DNA from: Laetmonice hystrix
Taxonomy: Eukaryota
DNA: 64,000 bases
NCBI GenBank assembly: GCA_965235115.1
Contig: OZ249436.1
Coordinates: 4,156,001-4,220,000 of the forward strand
Direction of reading: 5' to 3'
Shown here one piece after another: positions 1 to 23,562 of this stretch (its first letter is position 1; the number at the start of each line of letters is the position of its first letter). Both the position numbers and the translations under genes were made by a program. Below the pieces are notes generated by a model. That model was not told where the DNA came from. It did no database searches and was given only the letters and a program-made list of their open reading frames with translations.

Positions 1-907
1 ATGTCCAACGAATGTCTTTCTAAAAGTCCTTTAAAACTACGGTCAGTAACCAAGAGATAATGTCCAACGAATGTCTTTCTAAAAGTCCTTCAAAACTACG
101 GTCAGTAACCAAGAGATAATGTCCCAGAATTGTCTTTCAAAAAGTCCTTTAAAACTACGGTCAGTAACCAAGAGATAATGTCCAACGAATGTCTTTCTAA
201 AAGTCCTTCAAAACTACGGTCAGTAACCAAGAGATAATGTCCAACGAATGTCTTTCTAAAAGTCCTTCAAAACTACGGTCAGTAACCAAGAGATAATGTC
301 CAACGAATGTCTTTCTAAAAGTCCCTCAAACTATGGTCAGTAACCAAGAGATAATGTCCAACGAATGTCTTTCTAAAAGTCCTTCAAAACTACGGTCAGT
401 AACCAAGAGATAATGTCCAACGAATGTCTTTCTAAAGGTCCTTCAAAACTACGCTCAGTAACCAAGAGATAATGTCCAACGAATGTCTTTCTAAAAGTCC
501 TTCAAAACTACGGTCAGTAACCAAGAGATAATGTCCAACGAATGTCTTTCTAAAAGTCCTTCAAAACTACGGTCAGTAACCAAGAGATAATGTCCAACGA
601 ATGTCTTTCTAAAAGTCCTTCAAAACTACGGTCAGTAACCAAGAGATAATGTCCAACGAATGTCTTTCTAAAAGTCCTTCAAAACTACGGTCAGTAACCA
701 AGAGATAATGTCCAAGAATTGTCTTTCTAAAAGTCCTTCAAAACTATGGTCAGTAACCAAGAGATAATGTCCAACGAATGTCTTTCTAAAAGTCCTTCAA
801 AACTACGGTCAGTAACCAAGAGATAATGTCCAAGAATTGTCTTTCTAAAAGTCCTTCAAAACTATGGTCAGTAACCAAGAGATAATGTCCAACGAATGTC
901 TTTCTAA
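1..907. repeat. 59-bp tandem repeat, ~15 copies, truncated by the window start; probably in an E4F1 intron
   Basis: Unit ATGTCCAACGAATGTCTTTCTAAAAGTCCTTCAAAACTACGGTCAGTAACCAAGAGATA recurs every 59 nt with few substitutions. Confidence 0.97.
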
Positions 908-1112
908 TAAAACCGGCCTGCCAGTATTTTTTTTTTTGGGGGGGGGGGGGGGGTCATTAATCACAGGAAAACGATGATATTTGTTCCTACTTTAGAGTAA
1001 AGATGAATATCTGTATCTCATATAGGAGGTAGCAGTAGTTTTCACTACCTTCAGCAAATTATTATGTTTAACCTCTCAAATAACATGACAATACTGTGTT
1101 GTTATACCACAG

Positions 1113-2762
1113 AATGCATGTAAAGTTCACCTGCGGACACACACAGATATCTTTCCATGGCAATGCCGTTACTGCCACCGTACATTCCGGGAGAAAGGTT
1201 CCCTGGACCGCCATCTTCGTGTCCACACTGGTAGTAAACCTTACAAGTGCAGACATTGCTTGCGATGCTTTGCTGAACATGGCACCCTCAACCGTCACCT
1301 GAAGGCAAAGAGTAAGTAGGACCTGCCCCATTTTTCAAAGGTCATTTGGTATTTGACGTTGGCATTAAGTTGGAATGAGCAAGTAGGACCTGCCCCTTTT
1401 TCAAACATTATTTGGTGTTTGACGTTGGCATTAAGTTGCAAAAGTACTCCTATACTTTCGGATAGGATATTCAGAGTTGACATGTTTCAAATATTTTGCA
1501 AAATATAGAATGCTGTATGAAAGGGTTTTGGATTGTGAAACCTAATACAAGATTCATGCTATTTCAACAATTTCTTCTGTCAGGAAGACCAAATGCTATA
1601 TTTATTTGTTCCCGTCCCTGTCTTCAGTCAGGAACAATAATTTTCTGACTCCTTTTTTGTATTTAATCGTTCCCGCTAGTTCCCTGCACCAAACAGCTCC
1701 AAGTCCTGCGGGAGAAAGGCCCACGTTCGGCTCCGAGTGGTGGCGCTGCTGATGTCAGCGCCGGCGGCGATGATGGCGCCCCCACCGGCGGGGAGGAGGA
1801 TCAGACACCCACTGTGTTGGCCGAGTTCTCCTCTATGGTCGCCCACACCCAGCAATACATTATACAGACGGACGACTCACAGGACAATGTGGTCAGCGTT
1901 CGTTTCTCTCTACATCTAAAGTTGTTTTACTAGGTCACCAGGGGGCGCCATGGTCTGACACTGTCCGCTACCTTATGTTATTTGTCGGTCACCAATAGGT
2001 AACGCCTGTATACCTGAACAGAAGGTCCATCTAATTTTTATTGACCATGGTCAGTTCTCAAAATATATATTTCTGTTAGGTGTTTTAGTATGAAAACCCC
2101 CCGTGTTTTTCCGTGGATACGAAAAAAACCAAGCAATGGATGTCTCGAAATTTAGTTATTTTCGCATGGCTTTCCTCCCCCGATATCAGCAGACTAGCAC
2201 TTGATTTGAAAAACGATTATAAAGTTGTGCGTTGCGAACGTTGTGTGTGTTTCAGCTGACGCCCAGTTACGTGATGCTGACAGCGGATGGTCAACCACAG
2301 GCCATCGAGATCCTGACAGAGGCCATGTCAGGCGACCCTAACGTCCTGCCTGGTACTGAGTACGTCCTACTCGATCAGAGCGACATTCACATGGTAACGG
2401 AAGATGGACAACCGCTCGAGCTAGGCCCAGATGACGTCAGTATCGAGGGACCTATCGCTGTGGTCCAGGCCGGGGGCGGGGACAGCGGGGAACAGCTGCT
2501 GCAGCAGCAGCAGATGGAGCAGGAGGTGACGGAGGAGGAACAGCTGGAGGCGATCACCCTGGTGGCGGAGGCGGGAGACACTGTACAACAGGCCCTGGTC
2601 GAGGCCAGGGTGGTAGAGGTTGCTGAGGAAGGGGTACAGATGGTGGAGGGAGAGGTACAGATGGTGGAGGGAGGAGAGGACATTGTGGAGCAGGTGCACA
2701 TTATCCAGCAGGCGCAGATGGTGGAGCAAGTACAGGTGGTGGAGCAGGTGGAAAACAGCTGA
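1113..2762 (+). CDS. E4F1: Transcription factor E4F1 homolog, last three coding exons (5' part outside the window)
   Basis: GT-AG exons 1113-1311, 1680-1891 and 2256-2762 splice in frame. C2H2 fingers ...CRYCHRTFREKGSLDRHLRVHTGSKPYKCRHCLRCFAEHGTLNRHLKAK/IPC, then TVLAEFSSMVAHTQQYII, match E4F1 motifs as I recall them (FREKGSL, FAEHGTLNRHL, TVLVEFSSVVADTQEYII). Acidic E/V/Q tail; TGA at 2760-2762. Confidence 0.92.
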
Positions 2763-3051
2763 TGAGACAGCAAGACACCGGTGGTGTCTCGGTGAAATGA
2801 CCTCTGACCCTGATTCAATGTCACCGTGTTTAACAGACAGGAAGGAAAGCCCAGAATTACAGTCTGTTTGCTCCAAGAAGAGCTCGAGCATATTCATGAC
2901 CCTCCCGCCCCACTCCTCCAGCGTGTCCAATTTGGGGTTTGGTGCCATTCTTGAGTGACAGGCGGTGACAGGCGGGGAGGAGGGGGCAGGTCACAGCTTA
3001 TAATGAGGCCGAGGTCAAGCTCTTCTTAGAGCGAACAGACTGTAGGATTCC

Positions 3052-3507
3052 GCTGTCAGTTAGAGACACTGACATGCTGTCAGTTAGAGACACTGACATG
3101 GTGTCAGTTAGAGACACTGACATGCTGTCAGTTAGAGACACTGACATGGTGTCAGTTAGAGACACTGACATGCTGTCAGTTAGAGACACTGACATGCTGT
3201 CAGTTAGAGACACTGACATGGTGTCAGTTAGAGACACTGACATGCTGTCAGTTAGAGACACTGACATGCTGTCAGTTAGAGACACTGACATGCTGTCAGT
3301 TAGAGACACTGACATGCTGTCAGTCAGAGACACTGACATGCTGTCAGTCAGAGACACTGACATGCTGTCAGTTAGAGACACTGACATGCTGTCAGTCAGA
3401 GACACTGACATGCTGTCAGTTAGAGACACTAACATGCTGTCAGTTAGAGACACTGACTGACATGGTGTCAGTTAGAGACACTGACATGCTGTCAGTTAGA
3501 GACACTG
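3052..3507. repeat. 24-bp doubly palindromic tandem repeat, ~19 copies
   Basis: Unit GCTGTCAGTTAGAGACACTGACAT; TGTCAGT/ACTGACA are reverse complements both within and across units. Confidence 0.97.
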
Positions 3508-4724
3508 TCCTTCAATTATATATAATTCTGTACAGGAAAGCCAGCATTGAAAATGAATGGCTGATGTATTCCCACATGACGTTAATTGGCTGACTGCCAA
3601 AAACCTAACAATTCAAGTGATATGATCCAGGCAAACAGATACAATGTACATGTATATATTTATGAGGCCATTTAGTCTAAATTAATTGTTTCCTCACGAT
3701 TGATTCAAAAACCACTGCAGAGATACACACGAGTGCAATTTCTGTTTGAATCCTGAATAAACTGAGTTCCCACGATGAACTAAATGTCATGTGTTTTTAA
3801 GACCTTATTCAGGCTCAGCACGCCTTGAACATCGTGGTGTTGGCCCGACAGGTAGCCCCTTTGCCCCTCGTAGACCCCCCCCCCCCCCCGTAAAAAATAA
3901 ATAAAATAACTTAAAAAGATGGATAATTCAATAGAAATCTGCCTGAATAATGCGAGTATACTGCCACTGAGTAAAATATTGCGTCGTGTGATCTCACCCG
4001 AGACTTCAGGTGTGCCGTGATGGTAAGTAGCATACATCTGACCTTGGTGGTTGCAGTAACATCTGCCACATATACACTGTATGTAAACCGGTAAGAGGCC
4101 AATGGTCTCTACTCGGACAAAACTTGAGCCAGAGGTGGTCGGGGTTAAATTGTGTCTCGTGAAGAGCCGCTCAATCATCGAAACCAGCTCCACTATTCAC
4201 GCCACCTATCGAATATCTCCAGAACTAAGTCTTGTAAAAGAACGCTTCATACCTTGTGTTGAGGGTAAAACTCGCTTAAAGGTAATATGTCACGATTTTC
4301 AAATAATACGTCATGTTTCAGCAAAAATGCATCCGCATTGCGGTTCTCTGATATGCCCCAAAGGTCCCTACCTGTTTATGTAGCTTTGGTCGGTATTTCG
4401 TAAAAAAATCACCAATTCTTAATGTGGTCACTGAAAATGACACAGATTCCAAGACCCCGGGATTTGCAGCCGGCTGTGTTTTGCACCCTTTTCAAACGAT
4501 CGGGGGATGGGCGCGTGTTTACATCTCGAGTAATCACAGCGAGAGTCGAGTGATCATGAGACCCGTTCAAACGATTTGCGGCAGCCAAAGGGGGCCAAAA
4601 TGGCGGATTCATCGCACTTTGCGGAACCTGCAGCTAGTTTTATTCCTTTTTCTACATTGGGGAGAATTTCACAGCTGTCTACTCGTAGTATGTGTTAATA
4701 GAATCAATATGAAAAACATAAAGT

Positions 4725-5061
4725 GTCTGTAAATTTAATACCTGTATGCCATAGCTTGGGTTAGCAAAGACAAACTAGTCTGTAAATTTAATACCTGTAT
4801 GACATAGCTTGGGTTAGCAAAGACAAACTAGTCTGTAAATTTAATACCTGTATGCCATAGCTTGGGTTAGCAAAGACAAACTAGGTCTGTAAATTTAATA
4901 CCTGTACGCCATAGCTTGGGTTATCAAAGACAAACTAGTCTGTAAATTTAATACCTGTACGCCATAGCTTGGGTTATCAAAGACAAACTAGTCTGTAAAT
5001 TTAATACCTGTATGACATAGCTTGGGTTATCAAAGACAAAAGATCTAGTCTGTAAATTTAA
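4725..5061. repeat. 53-bp tandem repeat, ~6 copies
   Basis: Unit GTCTGTAAATTTAATACCTGTATGCCATAGCTTGGGTTAGCAAAGACAAACTA. Confidence 0.95.
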
Positions 5062-5203
5062 ACCACTTTTATTTTGTCATTTTACAAAACAAACATTCTC
5101 TGAGGAGACTTTCACTGTTTAATTCCATATAATTTGAATATTTAATGTCTGTCAATCAACGTCTGTCGCGAGAAGATCATCTGGATCTCCGGATATTGGC
5201 CGC

Positions 5204-5472
5204 CCTGTTCACACAACTAAAGAGGCTGTCCTGTTCACACAGCTGGACAAACTGTCCTTTTTACTCGCACAGCTGAACAAGCTCAAAACTGAACAAACTG
5301 TCCTGTTCACACGAGTGAACAAACTATCCTGTTCACACAGTTGAACAAACTCCTGTTCACACAACTAAACAAACCGCCCTGTTCACACAGCTGAACAAGC
5401 TCTCCTGTTCACACAATGACACACGGTTGAGCAAGCTGTCCTGTTCACACTGCTGAACAAGCTGTTTTGTTC
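5204..5472. repeat. Degenerate ~22-25-bp tandem repeat
   Basis: Recurring CCTGTTCACACAGCTGAACAA-like unit with internal TGTTCA/TGAACA symmetry. Confidence 0.8.
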
Positions 5473-6595
5473 TTAACAGTCCGACCCCTCCGCCCAGTGG
5501 CTCATACCTGACAAAACTGTTATACTATTTCCCGACATATATTTTGTCAAGTGAGCCTAATCAACTTTGTACTTATTGTAAAATCAAGGCTTCTTTTAGA
5601 AATTACTGCCACTACAGTTAAGTGTTTAAGTCAAAATTTCTATTGGTGTCACAAAATACTAATCGTCTCAATTTTTCTGTGATTCTGTGTAGCAGAAGAG
5701 AAACACGTCTGCACATCACAAGAAACAATATCAAACTCTTTTTAAACAACAGTTCATATAAATACATGTAGAACACCATGGGTTAACACTTTTACCAGAC
5801 TGCCAGATGTCTTTTATTATGTTCAAACTGTTACGTCCAGAAATACACACGTCGTTTATCACATCGGATTAATTTCCCCAAAATGATATTATGAACGTCC
5901 CACAATCTAAACTTCCGGCATACTGTCTTCTAGACAATCTGGGTCTTTCTGGCTCGTCTTTATATTTTCATTTATGAAATAATATAAAATAATATAACCC
6001 TATGCACCTCGATGACGCTGACGAAGCCATTCATTCAAGTCTTTTCACAGAATGATTATTTTTTTTGATGTTTTGTTTGTTTGAACTCCAGGCACAGGCT
6101 TGCCTCCTGGTTTCAAACTAGACCTGTCACAGAGAAAGTTTACTCACAGCTCTGAATACATACAAGTCTCCAGAATGCTCACTTTGACCAACAGCTGCCC
6201 ACCTTGCAATGTTCCAGTAAATTCTCCTGTCCATTTACAACTGTAAAAATACATCGATGGTCGACCACTTGAGGAGACATCTATGGCCAACTCGGAGAAT
6301 ACATCCCTGGTTGATTGTTTGAGGACTGACAGTAGTTAGATGGAGCCAGTCAGCCCAGCTACTGTCCGCCGATCCATGTGCACGTCCAGTTTTAATTAGG
6401 AATGCTGCCATCCAATTCTTTGTTCTGTTTTCACATATATCATCAGTTTGTACACCGATTCCCTCCTGGCACTGATACAGGCTACAGCAGAACCTATTTT
6501 AACACCAAACGTAGATTGGGAAGCATCCCACAATCTTTTTTAAAAGTCATTTAGATATGAAGTATGCTGGCAAAAATTCCGCACCCCAGTATGAC

Positions 6596-9233
6596 CTAAT
6601 TTTGATCACGGAATCGTAGGGCTTGCTCTCGCACTCGCCGTTCATACTCGGACTTGTTTTGGCTGAAAAGAAAAATCAGACTTGGTTAACAATTCTTCTG
6701 ATTTTGGTGACTGAAAATATCTGAGCCAGAGGTGGTCGAGGCCAGAGGCAGAGGGTCTAGACTTCCATAAGTTAAGATTGGTATTCAGTTTATTCTGATT
6801 ATAAATTTTACCTAAAATCTTCCTCCCTAAGATATAGGGTACAGAATCCCATTCTGAATTTCTCTCCTAACAGAATTCCGTCTAGAGACAGAGTGTTAAC
6901 ACCCATGCAGATAGTTAGAGACAGTTACCTCCAGGTGGGGCTTCACAGCAGTTACTGCATGAATCAGGAAGCGACCCTTCCTCCCAAAAGCATCATAATT
7001 AAATACGATATTTTTTGGAAAAAAATAATTCTCAAACTAATGGAGAACTCCTAGTTTTGGAGGGGACTGACTCCCAGATTTTACAACTTGGAAGTCAGGC
7101 TGTAAACCCAAACAAACAAACTGCCACTTACCAGTATATTGTGTATGCCTCTGCTTGGGCTGGATCACGAATGTTGGGTTCATTGAGCAACTCTTGGATG
7201 CCAAGCAGAATCTGTCAGTAGCAGAAGGAAACATCAATTTGTCAGCATGTCATGTGATTGACTTGAAAACACCAGTTAGCATGTCACTCTGTCAACAGGA
7301 CCAGGGATGTGATTGACTTGAAAACACCTGTTAGCATGTCACTCTGCTCAACAGGACCAGGGATGTGATTGACCTGAAAACACCTGTTAGCATGTCACTC
7401 AGCTCAACAAGACCAGGGATGTGATCGACTTGAAAACACCAGTTAGCATGTCACTCTGCTCAACAGGACCAGAGATGTGATTGACTTGAAAACACCAGTT
7501 AGCACGTCACTCAGCTCAACAGGACCAGGGATGTGATCGACTTGAAAACAACTGTTAGCATGTCACTCTGTCAACAGGACCACGGATGTGATTAACTTGA
7601 AAACACCAGTTAGCATGTCACTCTGCTCAACAGGATCAGGGATGTGATTGACTTCAAAATAAAACACCTGAAAAGATTCTAGAGGGTGTTTCGGGTGAGG
7701 GTTCAGCGAAAATGTGGGTATCTTCTGGGACACCTGAGATGTCTTCTGGGGATATTATATAGCAGTTTTTCATTACCTTTTTTTTATTTTTCAGGCTACA
7801 ATCAAACTTGTACGAATACATTGTCAAAAGAAACTTTCATACTAAGTTTATTCAAAATCTTTTTTTTTTTTAACATAATAATGTCAGTTGCCATGTCATC
7901 AACTCAAATACTACAAATACAATAGGTTTTGAGGAGTTTGCGTACTGGTACCTCAAAAGTCCTCACATGTTCAGACCTGTACATCAGGCGTGACTCTCAC
8001 CTGTTTTATTGTGACAGCTGGTCGCCAATCTTTCTCCTCATCAAGTAACGACAGGCATACCGTCCCAGAGGGATACACATTAGGGTGGAACAGTGGTGGC
8101 TCAAATTTACCTGACAAAAGAAAAATGGCAGTCTGTTAACACATATCCTAAAACAATTTCAGACTTTGCTAATCTTTTGAAAGTCTGCTAATTTCAAGAA
8201 GTCAAAACTTGTCATGGGTTGACATGATCAAACATGCTTAACTCAACTGTAATTTATACTTAGTGATAGAAACCTGACTTACATTTGGGTGGTGATGATG
8301 GATAATCATCTTTGAAGATCATACGTAGTCGGTACAGCCCACCTTCCCAAGGAGTCTGTCAAGTTTATGCAGAAGAAAATGTCAAGTTTATGCAGAAGGA
8401 AATCTCTCAATACTTTTTACACTTACTTTATTCCCAGTGAGGATTCCCACTGTAAAACAACCAACTGTTTACACTCACTCTATTTAAGTTCATTCTTTGA
8501 TGTTGTTAATTTTTTTTAGGAAAGTTCTCTTTCGGATAAAAGTTAAAATATAATCCCTTTTGTTTAAGAGCACATAAAGCTGAAAATAATTAATAGAATT
8601 TGCTTATAATGTGAACCATTTACATTCACCATACTGTGGTTAGTATCACTAGTAGAACTTACCCCTTTTTTCCCTGGAATTGCACACTCCCAATTCATAA
8701 GGTTCAAGGTGCTGTCAGGGTTCCTTGTGGGTTTGGCTACAAATCCCTAGATCAAGTAAGAAAGGTAATATAGGTCAACCTCAAATAATTCAGTTGGCAC
8801 ATGTTCAAACGACTGGCATCCATTTATGATGTTCCATCATCCTCAGTCAGGCTCAGTGGGCCTCAGTTTATGTCTTTGTTCATTTACAGTACTCAATTCA
8901 CTTTAGAACTAGAAATGTTTATAACCAAAGACTTAATCCAGTTTAAGCCAGTTGATAAGCGGGATTTATAACTAGTTACTACTGGTTGCTAAAAAGTCAA
9001 CATTGGCCATCTAGATTAAATTGTCATTGAGATTAATGTCAACATGTGTTAATATAATTTATCCTGATAGTATCACTGTATATTGGTCTCACATGTCTCT
9101 TCTTATCAATTAATTTGTTCTGAAAATAAAAAGACTAATTGAAGGATTGAATGAAAAGCAGACTTACGAAAGGATGGTCCTTACGCCATGCCTTCCTCTC
9201 CTCCGATAGACGTGCAATAGCAATGCCAGACAT
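6596..9233 (-). CDS. UBE2I: SUMO-conjugating enzyme UBC9, 159 aa
   Basis: Exons 9168-9233, 8663-8746, 8283-8355, 8001-8110, 7132-7211 and 6596-6662 total 480 nt, all GT-AG. Protein [28 protein letters not shown]...[38 protein letters not shown]...QALRFRDQN; catalytic Cys intact. Confidence 0.98.
7252..7670. repeat. 55-56-bp tandem repeat, ~7 copies, in a UBE2I intron
   Basis: Unit ATGTGATTGACTTGAAAACACCAGTTAGCATGTCACTCTG(C)TCAACAGGACCAGGG; ends ~40 nt from the acceptor at 7212. Confidence 0.95.
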
Positions 9234-9783
9234 TCTTCTCCTTTCTTATAACTGCAAACAAAAAGGCAGAACCTATCTTTGATATACATAACACCAACAG
9301 GCACATGAAGTCATCTGATTTATACACCCTCATGGGTCGAGCCGGCAGGTGGGCAGCGGGGTTCTCCTGGATGGTCACCATGTAATCGACTTACAGCTAC
9401 AGTATAGAAAATGAAATTTCTATTCCGACGGCAGTCGCCAAGTGGCATTGCCATTGGCCTAGGTGTGTGGTCGCATGGATCGCCATGGCTATACTTAAGG
9501 AATAGTGAACGTTTAGGATGCCATCGTTTAGGATGCCCCTGACTGGCTGCGCCAGCCTGGGCCTCCTTGGCCTTCGTGCCCTATCCCACCGCCAACGCAT
9601 CCAAAAATTTCACTATTCCTGTTATGAAATGGCCCAACATTAACAAACAAGTAATAACAATAATTGTTACAGTTTATCATCCATAGGCCTACCATACCAT
9701 CGTCACCTACTTCTGAAACGTGAGGCATCAATGACCAAATTCCCCGCTATGTGATGCCCATGTATCTATTTGCAAGACCCTTC

Positions 9784-10156
9784 CTGATGAGGGACTTCAC
9801 ACTCCTTGAGACGCATGCGCAACAGCGCATTTCAGGTCATATCCGCGTGGCAGCAGCACTGTTGCCCGGTCCTCTTGGCTACACATTAGTATGACGTTAG
9901 ATAGGACGATGAAATGCTAATCTGTGGTAGGATGTGTTTAGACTATTTGTTATGAAAAATAATAACTTGATAGTCTTCACCATGTTGTAGAACTCCTAAA
10001 CGTACCATAATATTTTATAGCAAATAGCTCTACGGCACCCAGCGATAGATTAGCATTTCGTCGACCCACCTAACGTCATAATAATGTGGGCCCAAGGGGA
10101 CCGGGTTGATAGTGCTGCCGCCACGTGGAAAAGACGGTAACAAAGTCCCTCATTAG
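9784..10156. mobile_element. Foldback/MITE-like element with diverged inverted arms
   Basis: Termini CTGATGAGGGACTT / AAGTCCCTCATTAG; inner arms ~9843-9931 and ~10038-10128 are imperfect reverse complements. Confidence 0.7.
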
Positions 10157-11823
10157 TTAATGCCGAAATGTCACAATTGTGACGTCACTGATGACGCTGC
10201 CTTCGCTTTGTTTAGTAAACAATGGCATTATACGTTGTCAAGTTCATCGTTCGATTCCGTGACTCTATATCAGTAGAATAGATCGTGAACGTTGCTAATG
10301 CTAAGTGTGGAAAGTCATTACGTATACTCTATCTGGGGCTCTGGGCCGCTACGTTTCTATATGCTGGCCAGACCGTGTGTTTTCATTTGCGATGTTGCGG
10401 GATCAGAATAGTGCACGCCAGCCATTTATAGGTTAGCCTAGGCTATCGGCCAAGGTGTGACAGTGGAGATTGCAAAAAGTTAAAGCGAGTCTCATCCATT
10501 AGACCATGCTCGCAGCCACCTAGTGGCTACTACCAGTACCATCCTATGTTGTAGCAGGAACTGCCGTCTATAAATAGCACAGTGAGTGAGTGACGGATAG
10601 CAGGGCATGGCCCTCTAACTTACTAGTAACTACTCTGTCTCTAGTCTTACTTTTGAGTCTGACTCTTAGTAGGGAGTTTCGTCACGTGACCAAAACAAGG
10701 GGATTCCGCCACATTTCGCCATCGTGGCTGGACAATGTGCAAACAACACCTTGTATCTATAAAACTAAAAGTTTTTAAAAGATGAAACTCGCGTGGTGCA
10801 CGTAAAACATGTTAAGCACGACGTCTGGCCAGTTTTTAAGACCAAAGATCGTCGATTTCTAGAATTATGGAGAGTTCTTCATGGCGTTACGGCCGCGACG
10901 GAGCTTCACCGCTCTGGGAGCACTGTGACGCGCATTTTTGTGATTGTGACGAAAATCGCATCACAGACAAATTAAAAACCTCTCGCCGTTATTGGATGAA
11001 AGACTAAAACAATAGGGCCATCTGATAGAAAAGAGGCTGAGGATTCTGGAACCGTTTGAACTAAATCTGAAGGTCAGTAAACAACGGAGATACGATCGAA
11101 ACTGTCACAGATTTGAAAATAACTATTGGAATCATCTTAGGTCGGTAGTTAGTTCACTCGGATCTAGTTAAATGAAGTCACGTAAATTCAATTGGGCTAG
11201 TTTTTTAAGAGGTTAATGTTACTATGAGTGGAGGTTTTTGATTTGAAAAATGCATGACTGGGCCGATTTGTGATTAAAATGGCGCGCGGGTGTCGACGCC
11301 GGCACAAATGTGACGTTTGCGGACTTTTGACGCTAGCGCGGGCGGCAGACCGGGCATTGTTGACGGCCTCTGATGGCGGTTACTCCCGCAGTGCTGTACC
11401 CGCCAGCGCCCGGGTCTTTGCAGTTACTTATCAATAGACTGTTAGCATACTGGGGCTTTTAAAGATGGATTTAACAAGTGCAGACGAGGTCAGCTCTAGT
11501 ATACCCTTGCTGTAAAGTTGTTGAGGGTGAGAGTACGCCAACTGACAACAGCCTGTTGAACAGGCAACAGCGCAGCGGTAGCACACGCACGGCGACACGG
11601 CGGTGACTGACGGCGGCTCGGCCGCTGAGTGAGCCAGTGCAGTGGGGGGTGGCTGGGGCGGTGTGGGTTTGGCTGGTCCTGGTAATGGTACAATGTGTCT
11701 TTGATTTTACTTTATGGCCACTTCTGTCTTGACTTTATGTCATCTTAATTAACCGTAAACCGAAGTCAAGTTGGCAAGAAACATAGATCTGTTATGAAAG
11801 CTAGAAATGGCCAGCATTGGATT

Positions 11824-11968
11824 GGCAGATCCAGGGTGGGGGGGGGGGGAGGATTGCAACTCCCCTTCCCTTAGGCAGTGATTTTTCTTTCTGATTGAAA
11901 GGCACCTACAACCCCCCTCTTGGCACCCCACAACACCCACCCCCTCGGCACAAACCTGGATCTGCCCC
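11824..11968. mobile_element. Short non-autonomous element with GGCAGATCCAGG terminal inverted repeats
   Basis: GGCAGATCCAGG ... CCTGGATCTGCC flanking G/C homopolymer runs; similar fragments near 17415, 30755-30982 and 38150. Confidence 0.55.
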
Positions 11969-12936
11969 TCCCTGATCAGTTGTGATTTTGTGAACTTTCT
12001 GTTACTTGTGATTACATGCTTCCATGCTTTTTTTCATCCACCTTAGATTTTAGGGGCCATTTTTGGCGTCATTTTGAATTTAAATAACGTTTATATTCAT
12101 TAAATAACTGTCTTGGAACAATTAAACAATAAATAGAGTACATTTAGTTTAAGATTCAGCAGACTGCTGTGAAAAAAAATCATGGAATTTTATTTGGTAT
12201 CTGTTTTGACTCGTGACACGGCCGCCATCTTGGCCGCCATCTTGGCCGCCATCTTGGATTCGACAAAATTATGAAAGGCGAGGGGTTGACCTACTTATTA
12301 TTAAAAACCAAATTAAAATTAGACCAAAACTTTTTCAGATATCATATATTCTGTTAAAAATACAGTTTCTAGATTTCTGTAAAAGTGGGATTTCTGGTGC
12401 CATGGCTTCCACTACTTTGAATAGGCCCAGCGATCCCCTCGAGGACCCATTTTTTGACCCACTAAAATAGTCATAACTTTGTTAATAATGGTGCTAGAGA
12501 CTTCATTTAAAATCTGTAGGTCTTAGAATTGTGTGTTCTATGCACTGATAACAATAAAAAAACAGTATCTTTCCTATTTAAAAATGGCCGAAACACCCTA
12601 CTCTTAGTCTAATACTATCTAGACTAAACTCTAGTCTAATTCTTATCGCGAAAGGACGAGACCTCAGACTGTCGCCTCAAAGTCGTGGCGGCCAAATGTT
12701 TGTTATCGGCAGTCGCCGTGGAGCAAGGCGTCGAGTTGGGTTTGATCGGTCGCGTCGCGTGGGACGAGGCGATCGCTGTCGCCGAAGTGTGGCGACTGGC
12801 GTGACAGACCACCACGTCTAGCCCACCGTTCTCACAGCGGCGCAGGCAGCGCGAACCGGCAGCGCACACCGACCCAACCGGACGTCGACGATCACAAAAT
12901 AACTACGACGATTTAAACACACACTCAGACATTGGT

Positions 12937-13383
12937 ACTCACTGAGGTGACTGCACGATCTTTCCAGATAATAAAGACTCAAACTTAAGTTGAACTAACC
13001 TATTATCAGATTCAATGAGCCTTCAGCGGGAAACAAACTCAGCGAAAGTCCGTCCTGTTTATGTGAATATGGCGGAATCTCGTGGTCTTCAACGAGAATA
13101 CCACCGAGAACCAGGTTTTTGATATACTGCAGGGATCGCGCATATACAAACATTCTTCGTATGCGAACTGCACGGAAACTCATATTTTTCTAAGACAAAA
13201 TATCCATTCAGTATTCGAGCAAACTTCCCCTAAAAAATAAGTACTTTATTAAAAAAATAATTATGTATAGTCTAAAAGTAAAAAGAAGTTATCTGGTACG
13301 GTTATGAAAATGGGTCCCTATGACGTTGATTTTGATTTCTTACAAACTTTCTGTAAATAGTTGGACCAATTGCACAGCATAAC
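12937..13383. promoter_or_regulatory. Probable bidirectional promoter region for UBE2I (non-coding first exon) and RINT1
   Basis: UBE2I first coding exon has an acceptor at 9252-9254 upstream of its ATG; candidate minus-strand donor GTGAGT at 12937-12942; YY1-like ATGGCG motifs near 13068 and over the RINT1 ATG. Confidence 0.5.

Positions 13384-23562
<10,179 letters not shown>

Noticed and set aside
2998..3460. ORFs with MSVSLTDS / MLSVRDTD octapeptide repeats
   Set aside because: Consequence of a 24-bp unit lacking stops in those frames; no gene structure
12220..12258. Triple GGCCGCCATCTT (YY1-like) as a promoter element
   Set aside because: More likely part of an interspersed repeat in the UBE2I 5' intron; no other support
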